Virus record (IMG/VR): IMGVR_UViG_3300050645_000186
Location: 1 to 64,000 of that record
Source of the DNA: a virus
Lineage: Duplodnaviria > Caudoviricetes
Strand: one strand, 5' to 3'
Length of the DNA stretch: 64,000 nt
Shown: positions 36,842 through 46,309 of the stretch, in pieces
Layout of the letters: every line of letters starts with the position of its first letter
Position numbering within the stretch: the first letter of the stretch is position 1
Notes under the pieces: generated by a model
Told to the model about the DNA's origin: nothing
What the model saw: the letters and a program-made list of their open reading frames with translations, nothing else
The model's database searches: none
Made by a program: the position numbers and the translations under genes

Positions 36842-37034
36842 CCGTAATCCCTGCGTATACGCGGCCTTCTAATACAGGGCCTGTGGGCCTTGCCTCAAAA
36901 AAGCGCGTGGCGGCATATGCCCGTGTATCCACCGATAGCGAGGAGCAGCTTACCAGTTATGAGGCGCAGGTAGATTACTACACCCGCTATATCAAGGAAA
37001 AGGACGAGTGGTCATTCGTTGAAGTCTATACGGA
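36817..37034 (+). pseudogene. Large serine recombinase 2, truncated N-terminal fragment
   Basis: AAYARVSTDSEEQLTSYEAQ...FVEVYT then unrelated sequence where DEGISG is expected. Confidence 0.88.
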
Positions 37035-37125
37035 AATAATAGTTCCCTATATGATACGGCTTCGTTTCCGGGATTTCGTTAAAGAATGTAAAAACCTTTT
37101 GATTTACAGACTTTCTCACACCGAG

Positions 37126-37279
37126 GGGTGTGCAAAGGTCCTATTTTTTTGCCCGCTATTTTCGACAGACTATTTTGAACGTGTGCAACTGAGTGTTCAC
37201 GATGGTAATTTTGCACACCCTTACAACGATGAAGCCGTCCCGTAACGATTTACAGGACAGTTCGTTATGAGGGTGTGCA
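37126..37279. repeat. Cluster of inverted repeats
   Basis: GGGTGTGCAAA (37126-37136) / TTTGCACACCC (37210-37220); 16/18 inverted repeat 37212-37229 / 37262-37279 with inner GTCC..GGAC stem. Confidence 0.8.
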
Positions 37280-37309
37280 TATTGTGCTCTATAGAATAGA
37301 GTTGTTTTG

Positions 37310-37663
37310 CTATTCGCAAAGAGAATAAATTTTCGGCATACCGCCAGAATCTATCACCTTGCCAATTTCAATCAGCCCAAAAACAATCAACGCTCTAACA
37401 TAAATGTAAGGAGTATCCGTATCGGGGTATAACACTTTCACATACGGTGCAAGATCATCAAACGAGCCGACACTGTAATTGCTACCATTGCTGTCGGAGA
37501 CAGCATATGTGGCAGGGTCAAATTTCCCATAGAAATTTTTAACTGCATATGCAAAAGCAAATTTTGCAGCAGATGTTCCGTGGTCAAATTTCCCCGTTGC
37601 GACCAGTTTATCAGCCACCTCGTTAGCGGCTTTTGATAAGCGGAAATTTGTTATATCGTTCAT
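37310..37663 (-). CDS. Small protein after the ATPase (DndE-like position and size)
   Basis: Last gene of the minus-strand operon; GGAGG RBS; family guessed from context only. Confidence 0.5.
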   Translation of the reverse strand: MNDITNFRLSKAANEVADKLVATGKFDHGTSAAKFAFAYAVKNFYGKFDPATYAVSDSNGSNYSVGSFDDLAPYVKVLYPDTDTPYIYVRALIVFGLIEIGKVIDSGGMPKIYSLCE

Positions 37664-37678
37664 ATCTGTCACCTCCAG

Positions 37679-39673
37679 TTATTGCAGTTCTATTGCTGTA
37701 TGGAAAGAACCATACTTTCTCAGGCGATATTCTTTTTTGAGTGTGCTTCCTAAAACCTGTCTGGCGGTCTGCCCATCAATCTCATCAGTGTACGCCAAAA
37801 GAATGATCTGATCGGACATTAATGGCAGTGCCTTTGTTATGTTTTTCTTATGGGTTGGATCGAGACGTCCAAAAGGAGAATCCATTATAATAGGTCCGCT
37901 TAAGGGGGCGTTTTTGTGTAAAGCGCCAATCAACGACAGTGCCACAATATGCTCAAACCCGGCAGAACGGAATGGTATTATTTCACCGGAACGATGTTGT
38001 ATGGAGAGGCCATAGTTGTCATTAATTTTTAACGCTGTATAGTCAGGATCGCTGCTAATGTTGCAGAAAAGCTCTGTAGCATCACGTTCAACTTCCGCTT
38101 TTAGTTTGTCACGATATGCAGCGATGCCGTCGTTAAATAACTGATGGAGTGCTGCACAGATTTCAACCTTTTTTACTGCAAGATTTAAATCCGCATCAGA
38201 AGTACCTGCTTTCCGAACTTTTTCTTCAAGGCTTGCTAAAGCAATGTCGGCTTCTTTTATTTTATCCTTAGTTGCTTGAATACCTTCCTTTAGATTTTCA
38301 ATCTTTGAATAGCACTTTGCCAAGTTTTGTGCATTCTCTTTTGCGACAGCGGTGAGGTCACTTATATTTCCGTAGCGGCTAATCTCATCTCGCAAATCTT
38401 TGAACTGACCTTTTGCGTCATCAATCTGCACTAAGAGATCAGCCAGCTGATCCTCATAAACCTTGAGAACTTGGGCGTCTGTAGCACTCTGCATACTTTC
38501 CAAAGATGCCTGTCGGATTTGAAGAGTTTTCATGCGCCCGATTTCTTCGGTGGACAGTCCGCCAAATTCTCCTGGCTCTTCTTCAAGTCGCTTTTTAAGT
38601 GCAATTACGTGAGCTTCATCTACATCCTGGTTACAGCATTCACAATGATGCGTTTCTACGATACGTTGAATATATGTCATAAGTCGAGCAACAGACTCAT
38701 GCGTATTGTGCTTTTGCTGGAGAGTATATAGTTCAGACTTAACCTGAGATAGAATTTCAGAGGTTTTCTTGCCAATCACATATCTCCAGACATCTTTTGT
38801 CGCAACAACAATTGACTGTAAAAGGCCATCACGTGTAGCTTCTTTTGCAGCAATATCGCTCTCTAAATGCTCCATGTTCTGGATTAATGCTCTGAGATGC
38901 TCGTTCTGTTTTCCTTCGTCCTCAAGTTTTGCCCTGAGATTTTGCGCCTCCTCATATGCTGCTTGAAGCCGCACCAGTTCTTTTGTTTGCTCATCCTTCT
39001 TTGCCGTTTCCGATTCAATCTGTGCGGCATACTTTTCTGTCTGCTTATTTGCCTGAGCTGCTTTTGTCTGTTCCTTGCGGTATTCGTCAAGGACAAAGGC
39101 AGTATCATTAGCGGCGCTTGTCAAAATGGGGACTCCTAAAATTGATTCAATAGATTTCTTGATTTTTTCGCCGGCAGAAGTTTCATCTTTCACGAGTTCC
39201 TCGTATTCCTGAAGCAATTCACCATCGAATAGGAAAAATCGAGAAACATCCTCTGGCATTATTAATGCCAGTTCATGTTCTTTATTTGGAGCAAAATGCC
39301 CATCAACCTTAAGAAAAACATCCTGAACATAGTCATCGTTCTTGGAAGGAACTGTTACACCAGAACGAACACTATATTGACGAGTAAGTTCATATTTTTT
39401 TCCATCGTGGAGCATTTTCAATACAACCTTAAAATCGTATTTACCCGCTTTCATTCCTTCTCGGTTCACCAATTTTAGAATATCTTCTACCGTCTCATGG
39501 CGGTATTGGAATCTGCCAAACAAGGCATAACGGAAGAGGTTCAGAAGCGTGGTTTTCCCATGTCCATTGTCTCCCCAAATAAGGGTAACACCATCCCCAT
39601 CACCGAAGTCAATTGTCTGCTCACCTTCATAAGGGCCAAAATTATTGATGGTTATACTCGTAAACTTCAACAT
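37679..39673 (-). CDS. SMC/Rad50-like ABC ATPase (DndD-like)
   Basis: Walker A GDNGHGKTT; FFLFDGE; long coiled coil with CECC hinge; signature SAG; Walker B IMDSPFGRLD. Confidence 0.88.
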   Translation of the reverse strand: MLKFTSITINNFGPYEGEQTIDFGDGDGVTLIWGDNGHGKTTLLNLFRYALFGRFQYRHETVEDILKLVNREGMKAGKYDFKVVLKMLHDGKKYELTRQYSVRSGVTVPSKNDDYVQDVFLKVDGHFAPNKEHELALIMPEDVSRFFLFDGELLQEYEELVKDETSAGEKIKKSIESILGVPILTSAANDTAFVLDEYRKEQTKAAQANKQTEKYAAQIESETAKKDEQTKELVRLQAAYEEAQNLRAKLEDEGKQNEHLRALIQNMEHLESDIAAKEATRDGLLQSIVVATKDVWRYVIGKKTSEILSQVKSELYTLQQKHNTHESVARLMTYIQRIVETHHCECCNQDVDEAHVIALKKRLEEEPGEFGGLSTEEIGRMKTLQIRQASLESMQSATDAQVLKVYEDQLADLLVQIDDAKGQFKDLRDEISRYGNISDLTAVAKENAQNLAKCYSKIENLKEGIQATKDKIKEADIALASLEEKVRKAGTSDADLNLAVKKVEICAALHQLFNDGIAAYRDKLKAEVERDATELFCNISSDPDYTALKINDNYGLSIQHRSGEIIPFRSAGFEHIVALSLIGALHKNAPLSGPIIMDSPFGRLDPTHKKNITKALPLMSDQIILLAYTDEIDGQTARQVLGSTLKKEYRLRKYGSFHTAIELQ

Positions 39674-39691
39674 AACAAACAACCCTCCTTA

Positions 39692-39883
39692 TTAAATGGT
39701 TACCGTCTTCAGAAAATCATCTATGACTTTCTGCGTATCATGTCTTGCCTTTGTCCTATCATCCTGAGACGAAAATTCCGCATTTACGATATCTTGAATC
39801 AATGATGCAGGTATTTTAGGCTGCTGCTTGGCTCTGATTTTTTCCAATACGGAAATCAGTTCATTGATTTCGATGTTAGTCAT
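39692..39883 (-). CDS. Small helical protein
   Basis: Between helicase and ATPase; GAGGAGG RBS. Confidence 0.65.
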   Translation of the reverse strand: MTNIEINELISVLEKIRAKQQPKIPASLIQDIVNAEFSSQDDRTKARHDTQKVIDDFLKTVTI

Positions 39884-42008
39884 TGTCATCATCCTCCTCA
39901 ATTCCGGTGTTTTGTAAACTGTTGTAGTCGATCTGGTAATCAACGGCTATATTTTTCAAATCGGTAACACAGGCAGGGTTTTCTGCGCCTAAACCAAACT
40001 GAATCGCTCTTGATAATTCACCGATAATAATCGACATAGACTTTGGCGTTTCTTCAGATTCGACCACGGGAACCGTAATCGCATCATAAAGATGTGCGAA
40101 GAGCTTACCTGGTGAATTTCTTAGAATCCTACCTCTGCGCTGAATGAATTCTCTTGGATTCTGTGAAGACGCAAGAATCAAAGCGTGTGTGGTAGAAGGA
40201 ATATCAATACCTTCATCCAAGCACTTAATCGAAACCAAGACGCCGCCGTTCTTAGAAAAGTATCGGAGCGTCTCGTCTCGATCACCTTCCATATCTGCAT
40301 AGTATTCAAATGCATCAAAACCAGCGTCAATCGCACCGTTCAATACACTCTTTAACTGTGTGATATTGTCGCAATAGATAATCCAACTCTGGCCTACCAC
40401 ATATTCTCTAAGCAAGAGATTGATGGCCAAGGGAACTTTACCAGATGCATTCTTGACAATACGCGCTCTGTTAATCAACAATTGCTTCAAGCGTGTGTTG
40501 GAGGTAATACTCGTATCTGAATTTCCATTAGCTTTCATACGAGCCATAAGCTGACTTATCTGTTTTGTAATATCGTTCCATTCTTCCTGCTCATTTTGTG
40601 TGAGGGTAATGGTGAGTGGGTTATAAAAATACTTTGTTAAAACGCCGCTTTTTATTGCGTCATCCAATGTATAGGGTGGTGGTACGAGACCGCCAAAATA
40701 ATCAAAGAGCGCAGACGTTCCTTCGGGATCTCCATATCTGCGTGGCGTGGCAGATAAGCCCAACCTTGCACCTGCATCTATATTTAAGGCGTTACGTCTC
40801 CGTGGGCTTCCCAATCTATGTACTTCGTCAGCCACGACAAACAGATGATTACCATGCGATACATTTTTTACAAAATCATCTGAGCAGGCTGTATCCATAG
40901 TTGCAAGAATAATGCGATGAGTTGAACCTCCATCACTTGTCCAAGATGCCAAAGTTCCGGGCTTTTTCCACTCGTTATTGTTATCCCCGCAAAGAAGATA
41001 GTATATTTTATCTTCGAGCAAGGTTTCCCTCAATTCTCGATCCCATTGTTTTAATAGGTCTCTTGATGGGACTAAAATCAGTACGACTTCATTTCTCTTA
41101 AAAGCATCATGGATTGCACACATGGCAGTGAAAGTTTTTCCGCTGCCTGTAGCATGTTCAAAAATGCCTCGGCGATTATTCTTTACCCATGCTTCAAGGG
41201 CATTTACTTGATGCGGACGGGGTGTGCGGCTGCCAACATGATTACTTGGTTTCCACTTTTTTGCCTTGTTTTCTTCTACATGGATTTCATCCAGTAATTC
41301 GTGCCATTTTACTCCCTCCGCTTTAGTTCGTAATATTTCTTTAGAGGCACTCGGGAATTGATACACAATAATTCCTGAAACGGATTCTGACCATAGCTTT
41401 TCAAAAAATACTGATGCGTCATCAACTCGTTCGGCATCGCGGCTATCGAGCCAATCCGGAAATACATCAATAGACTCCATGTTTCCATCGGAAGATAGTC
41501 CTCTGTACGTTTCATTCATTGAACCACGGAAGCCCACTTTATTACCATCGGAATCCGTGAAAATACCGACTTTGTCGTGAAACAGTCTCCTTGCATTTGG
41601 TGATTCTTTGCCAGTTGGAACAGCGATTTTTACATCAATAATGCCTTTTGAAATCATATATGCAAGTAGCTTTGCTGGAGCAGATAAAAAAGGATCATCA
41701 AATAAGGTCTGCACTTCTTTTGCAAGCGACTCCGCGAGCAATTCATCATTTTTCGCAGAGTAGCCATTAGCTAACGCAGTGGCATCTTCATCAGATACAT
41801 ACGGTGAACATATCAAGCGCATCTTACCATTGTTATCGATAAATTCCCGTAAAGCATCCCAGGCAATAATGTAGATTGTGCTTCCAAAATACCCGGAGAT
41901 TCTATCGTAACGGCTTGAGTGCCTCATGCATGGAAGATAAAACATATCAGCTATGTCATGCTCGGCCTTATTATAAGAAGTAAGATATGTTTGTTCCTTA
42001 AGACTCAT
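39876..42008 (-). CDS. PLD-like nuclease fused to SF2 helicase (Dnd-associated restriction-enzyme-like)
   Basis: FHDKVG...GSMNET HxK motif; ATGSGKT; DEVH; SATP; QRRGRILR. Confidence 0.85.
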   Translation of the reverse strand: MSLKEQTYLTSYNKAEHDIADMFYLPCMRHSSRYDRISGYFGSTIYIIAWDALREFIDNNGKMRLICSPYVSDEDATALANGYSAKNDELLAESLAKEVQTLFDDPFLSAPAKLLAYMISKGIIDVKIAVPTGKESPNARRLFHDKVGIFTDSDGNKVGFRGSMNETYRGLSSDGNMESIDVFPDWLDSRDAERVDDASVFFEKLWSESVSGIIVYQFPSASKEILRTKAEGVKWHELLDEIHVEENKAKKWKPSNHVGSRTPRPHQVNALEAWVKNNRRGIFEHATGSGKTFTAMCAIHDAFKRNEVVLILVPSRDLLKQWDRELRETLLEDKIYYLLCGDNNNEWKKPGTLASWTSDGGSTHRIILATMDTACSDDFVKNVSHGNHLFVVADEVHRLGSPRRRNALNIDAGARLGLSATPRRYGDPEGTSALFDYFGGLVPPPYTLDDAIKSGVLTKYFYNPLTITLTQNEQEEWNDITKQISQLMARMKANGNSDTSITSNTRLKQLLINRARIVKNASGKVPLAINLLLREYVVGQSWIIYCDNITQLKSVLNGAIDAGFDAFEYYADMEGDRDETLRYFSKNGGVLVSIKCLDEGIDIPSTTHALILASSQNPREFIQRRGRILRNSPGKLFAHLYDAITVPVVESEETPKSMSIIIGELSRAIQFGLGAENPACVTDLKNIAVDYQIDYNSLQNTGIEEDDDND

Positions 42009-42531
42009 ATGTACCTCCAAGTAGTTCTTCGTGCATGATATCCATACGACGAATTATGGCATCGTACAAAAACTGAGGGCGAGCACATACAATACGCTCA
42101 TTATTTTTTCTCGTTGTTTCAGATACCTTTGTGCAAAGAGCTTCAACAATCACATCAGCCTTAACTTGCATATTGCAACTATATGCAAAATCAAGATGTT
42201 TTTCAGCATCCCAAAAAGCAAAAACAATATCTTCGCCGTCCCGTACTAATGCACCAATAATAGGCATGCGCCCATCAGAATAGTCAAGATGTCCACGTTC
42301 TCCATGCTTTTGACCAGGAAGGATTATTTGAATCTTATATTCGCCTAAAGCACGACCGCCAGGAGGATTTGTGCAGTTCCATAAGTAAACACGCAGACGT
42401 AAGCTTCTTGGACATAAATCCACAAGAAGAGGAAATGATGTCGTGTCACTATGCCAAGTGACATGATCATCGAGTCCCTCAATGAAAATAGTATTCAATG
42501 CTTTTTTACTAAGTCTCTTTTTCTTTGCCAT
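41998..42531 (-). CDS. Unknown protein, possibly methylase-associated X1-like domain
   Basis: RVYLWNCTNPPGGRALGEYKIQ segment resembles that family from memory; lies between the MTase and helicase genes. Confidence 0.5.
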   Translation of the reverse strand: MAKKKRLSKKALNTIFIEGLDDHVTWHSDTTSFPLLVDLCPRSLRLRVYLWNCTNPPGGRALGEYKIQIILPGQKHGERGHLDYSDGRMPIIGALVRDGEDIVFAFWDAEKHLDFAYSCNMQVKADVIVEALCTKVSETTRKNNERIVCARPQFLYDAIIRRMDIMHEELLGGTYES

Positions 42532-43378
42532 TATCATGTCCTCCTGCGATAGAGCGAAGAAGAGAAGCCGCATGTTCTACATATTCTTCTACAACATCAA
42601 ACCCAACAAAGCGCCGCCCGAGAGACAAAGCTGCATATCCTGTGGTACCACTTCCCATCCAAGGATCAACCACTAAGTCGTTTTCTGCTGTTGTAGCTTT
42701 TATATATTTTTGTGGCAGATACAACGGCTGCGTGGCTGGATGGTCATCAATTCGAGCCGATACCCCTCCGCTTATAATATTCTTTGGTAATGCGCCCAAT
42801 GGGTTTGGGGCTATTCGTTTATTTTTGCGAACGTATGTGTTGCCGTTTGAACGGGGCTTGTATTCGTAGGTTTCGTATGTTTGAACACTATGGGATTCAT
42901 AAGGCCTTCGTATTGCGTCAATATTTATTGTCCATTTAGAGGATTTTGAAAACCATAGATTCTGTTCATAAGCATCTTGGCAGGCTACCCGAAGTCCCGT
43001 GGGTACAGGATTCTCTTTTACCCAAATCTCGATATCAACACAATGCAATCCCCACGTTTCTTCCATTTCTATTGCGAGTTTTTCTATTACCAATGAACGT
43101 TTGGACGAACATTTGGATGTTGATTTCTCCCTGTTCGCTTTAACATTTATCACAATAAAGCCATCATCGCGTAGTTTTAAACAAGCTGAATCCAAAAATG
43201 GTGACATTTTTCTTATATATTCAGACGATCGCCATACTCCATATTCACGTTCTGCATTGGGATATGGAGGTGAACCATAAATGAGTTTTATGGATTTATC
43301 TGGAAGCAGAAGCATTCCTTTTGCGCCATCCATTCGTCGGACTGCGTAGTTGCTCTTATTTATCTCCTGTATTATCAT
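42509..43378 (-). CDS. Beta-class DNA methyltransferase (SPPY)
   Basis: GSPPY, HPATQP, VDPWMGSGTT. Confidence 0.92.
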   Translation of the reverse strand: MIIQEINKSNYAVRRMDGAKGMLLLPDKSIKLIYGSPPYPNAEREYGVWRSSEYIRKMSPFLDSACLKLRDDGFIVINVKANREKSTSKCSSKRSLVIEKLAIEMEETWGLHCVDIEIWVKENPVPTGLRVACQDAYEQNLWFSKSSKWTINIDAIRRPYESHSVQTYETYEYKPRSNGNTYVRKNKRIAPNPLGALPKNIISGGVSARIDDHPATQPLYLPQKYIKATTAENDLVVDPWMGSGTTGYAALSLGRRFVGFDVVEEYVEHAASLLRSIAGGHDNGKEKET

Positions 43379-44282
43379 CGGCAACCTCTTCTTGTAAATC
43401 CTTTTCATATTGCAATCTCAGAGCGGCAAGACGGCAATAATCAGAATTAGCATCAATGCCAATCCATATGCGGTTAAGTCGTTGTGCCACAGCAGCAGTG
43501 GTGCCAGAGCCTGAAAATGGATCGAGTACAACATCTCCTGCAGAACTTCCAGCAAGAATAAAAAATTCTGCCAGTTTTTCGGGGAAACGTGCAGGGTGGC
43601 CAATTCCCTCTTCTTTACATAACTTCATAAAATAATCATTACTGCTTGTGTTTGCAATTTCAATTACTGTTCCAGGGTCTGAACCACCGTTATCGGTCCA
43701 CACCTTCTCACAATCGAAATTATGTGTGCTGGGACGTGTATTGTAGTTTCGATCTCCCTTTCCTTTGCCCTGAAGATATTTTTTCATATCTTTACTGTAC
43801 GGCTTTCTGATTGGATCCATATTAAATTCCCATGTGTCACCCTTTGCCAACCAAAAGCAATATTCGTGTGATTTTTTAGTGCGACCATAACCTCCCCTAG
43901 AATATACATTTGGAGGAGTCGCAGGATTATACCATATATAGTCGCGTACAAGATGAAACCCAATTTCTTTACATAATTTCAATAAAAGCTCAAATACATA
44001 TAGGTGCTGAAAGTTATCTACAACTTTATCGCTGATATTAAGAACGAAACTGCCATCGTCCTTAAGGATCCGATGCATTTCCCTTGCTTTTGGAATAAAC
44101 CAATCAACATATTCATCAGGTGGAATCGTGCCATCTACATCGCCATAATCACGTTTATCTGCATAGGGAGGAGATGTTAGTATAAGATCAATACTCGAAT
44201 CTGGTATAGTTTGTAAAACAGTTTCACAGTCACCACATATAAATTTATCACGAAACGTGTTTAGCGTTTTTTTCTTTTTCAT
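43356..44282 (-). CDS. Beta-class DNA methyltransferase (SPPY)
   Basis: TSPPY, HPARFP, LDPFSGSGTT. Confidence 0.93.
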   Translation of the reverse strand: MKKKKTLNTFRDKFICGDCETVLQTIPDSSIDLILTSPPYADKRDYGDVDGTIPPDEYVDWFIPKAREMHRILKDDGSFVLNISDKVVDNFQHLYVFELLLKLCKEIGFHLVRDYIWYNPATPPNVYSRGGYGRTKKSHEYCFWLAKGDTWEFNMDPIRKPYSKDMKKYLQGKGKGDRNYNTRPSTHNFDCEKVWTDNGGSDPGTVIEIANTSSNDYFMKLCKEEGIGHPARFPEKLAEFFILAGSSAGDVVLDPFSGSGTTAAVAQRLNRIWIGIDANSDYCRLAALRLQYEKDLQEEVADDNTGDK

Positions 44283-44284
44283 TG

Positions 44285-44527
44285 TTACACCTTTTCATTT
44301 TCGTTATTAAGTTGCTCTTTGTCATCCAATGAAATTTCCATTATATCCGAAATATCACACTTAAGCGCATCGCATATTTTCAAAAGCACATCGGTCGTTA
44401 GATTTTCATTTTTTGATAGCTTTGCCATAGAAGCAGTACTAATACCTGTCGCTTCTCGCAAGTCTTTTCTTTTCATATCTTTATCAATTAAAAGTTTCCA
44501 AAGCTTTTTATAACTGACAGTAGACAT
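44285..44527 (-). CDS. XRE/Cro-like HTH regulator heading the defence operon
   Basis: VSYKKLWKLLIDKDM...VLLKICDALKCDISDIME. Confidence 0.9.
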   Translation of the reverse strand: MSTVSYKKLWKLLIDKDMKRKDLREATGISTASMAKLSKNENLTTDVLLKICDALKCDISDIMEISLDDKEQLNNENEKV

Positions 44528-44716
44528 TTTCTACCCCTTCCAATTTATTATCGCATAGCTTTAAGAGCATATCGCAAAATAATATTTTGCGTTCACATAT
44601 AATTATACGGATTTTTATCGAATAAGTCAATAATTTTTAGAAACATCTCGGGGGTTATCTATAATATTTTATTTTAGAAGCTCTCTTGACATTGACCCAA
44701 AAAAGATGTACACTAT

Positions 44717-44736
44717 TGTTAGCTGTTTAGCTAACA
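44717..44736. promoter_or_regulatory. Palindromic operator 1 of element 2
   Basis: TGTTAGCT-GTTT-AGCTAACA; near-identical copy at 45931-45950. Confidence 0.8.
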
Positions 44737-44768
44737 GATAACAGATATTTAAAGTTGGAGGTGTCACA

Positions 44769-45143
44769 ATGGAAATTGGAAATAAATCCTTTGGTGAATT
44801 ACTTACTTTTTTCAGAGAAAAGAAAGATGTAACATTAAGGGAACTGGCCAGAGGGATTGGCGTTTCCGCACCATTCTTAAGTGATGTTGAAAAAGGAAGG
44901 CGCGCTGCCTTGACAGCTGAGCGCATAGAAAAGGTTGTTGTTGTTCTGCATTTAGATGAAGAGGAAGCAACAGCCCTGTATAATGCAGCCGGGAAACAGA
45001 AAAACTCAATTCCTCCAGATTTACCGGAATATATTATGGAACATGAGTACGTCAGCGCAGCTCTTCGCACAGCCCGCGATCTTGATGCAAGCGAGGAAGA
45101 ATGGCAGCGATTTGTGGATGATCTGAGGAGGCGAAAAGGATAA
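44769..45143 (+). CDS. XRE-family repressor of element 2
   Basis: LRELARGIGVSAPFLSDVEKGRR HTH. Confidence 0.9.
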   Translation: MEIGNKSFGELLTFFREKKDVTLRELARGIGVSAPFLSDVEKGRRAALTAERIEKVVVVLHLDEEEATALYNAAGKQKNSIPPDLPEYIMEHEYVSAALRTARDLDASEEEWQRFVDDLRRRKG

Positions 45144-45146
45144 GGC

Positions 45147-45887
45147 ATGTTTAAACCAGAATTGAGGTATTCTAATACCGGAATTCCTATAATATCAAAC
45201 GCAGAGATTGATACAATAGGAGAACGAATGATAGTAGATTTTGATAGTTCTTCTTTATTTAATCCGCACGCAATTGATATTGAAAGATTTGTAGACAAAT
45301 ACCTAAAAATGCCGATTGAATTTATGTACTTATCTCACTGTGGTGTTTATCTTGGCACGACAGTATTTCAGACGACAAATCGTCTTCCCATTTACATTCC
45401 AGAAGAAAATCGAGCAGATTATGCTCATGTAGAGGCTGGCACAATTGTAATTGATGGCAGTCTTGATAGTGAAAATCAAGAGCATCGTCTGCGTTTCACA
45501 CTCGGTCATGAAGGCGGACATGGCATTTTTCACCCATCCTATTTTCTTAATACAATAGGTTCCAGTGAGAGAGATAACACTGGAATATATGTGAGATGTC
45601 GTTCGGATTTTAAGGCATCTTGGCAAAATCTCAATGGCTTTCATAATATGTCTGATGCCGAACGAGTTGAACAACAGGCTAATCGCTTTTCTGCTGCTGT
45701 TTTAATGCCTAAAAGTGCTGTTAAAATTCTACTTGCAGGAAAGCCGTATGACGGGACGACGGAGTGGATTATTTCTTCGATGACCCAGATTAGCGATACT
45801 TTTAACGTTTCTAAAGAAGCAGCTTTTTATCGTCTAAAGGGACTTGAAATTATAGATGATTATAAAAAAATACCAATTGTAATGTAA
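45147..45887 (+). CDS. ImmA/IrrE-family metallopeptidase
   Basis: RFTLGHEGGH; EQQANRFSAAVLMP. Confidence 0.9.
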   Translation: MFKPELRYSNTGIPIISNAEIDTIGERMIVDFDSSSLFNPHAIDIERFVDKYLKMPIEFMYLSHCGVYLGTTVFQTTNRLPIYIPEENRADYAHVEAGTIVIDGSLDSENQEHRLRFTLGHEGGHGIFHPSYFLNTIGSSERDNTGIYVRCRSDFKASWQNLNGFHNMSDAERVEQQANRFSAAVLMPKSAVKILLAGKPYDGTTEWIISSMTQISDTFNVSKEAAFYRLKGLEIIDDYKKIPIVM

Positions 45888-45930
45888 AAAATATATGGCG
45901 AGAAGGCGCTATATATTTTTTTACCCAATA

Positions 45931-45950
45931 TGTTAGCTGTTAAGCTAACA
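45931..45950. promoter_or_regulatory. Palindromic operator 2 of element 2
   Basis: TGTTAGCT-GTTA-AGCTAACA upstream of the first early gene. Confidence 0.8.
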
Positions 45951-45971
45951 GCTACTAAGAAAGGAGATACT

Positions 45972-46139
45972 ATGAATAAAAAAACAAAGTCTCTTAGATG
46001 CCCTTGCTGTGGCAAGAGGGCCTGCGACATTTCGGATATTCCCAAGGAAAAAATTTATATTGAAATGAAATGCCCTCAGTGTCACAACATTGTAAGAATA
46101 TGGTGTGACAAAGCATCAGTAAAAACCATAAGTTTATAA
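45972..46139 (+). CDS. Small Cys-rich zinc-ribbon protein
   Basis: RCPCC and KCPQC; homolog of 1139-1336. Confidence 0.75.
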   Translation: MNKKTKSLRCPCCGKRACDISDIPKEKIYIEMKCPQCHNIVRIWCDKASVKTISL

Positions 46140-46309
46140 ATTATTGTCTATTCATACCGAGCAACGGAGTCGATTGCGAACTACCAAATGGCCGGATGAT
46201 TTTGAAACGTAAGGTTTCATAGTCATCTGGCCATTTACGTTTCAAAATCGGCTCTTTGCGTTTGTTCCTGACTCCTCTCGGTCACGCCGAAGGCGAGAAA
46301 GGAACAAAA

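Larger units (their letters stand above)
1..37034 (+). mobile_element. Prophage element 1 (temperate siphophage, HK97-type head, serine-recombinase integration module); left end lies outside the window
   Basis: Continuous order: immunity, replication, packaging, head, tail, lysis, recombinases. Right boundary placed where recombinase 2 is interrupted and the sequence turns AT-rich. Confidence 0.9.

Noticed and set aside
37310-39673. Call as a classical DNA phosphorothioation (dnd) cluster
   Set aside because: No dndC/PAPS-reductase-like, dndB or desulfurase gene is in the operon; methyltransferases occupy that position.
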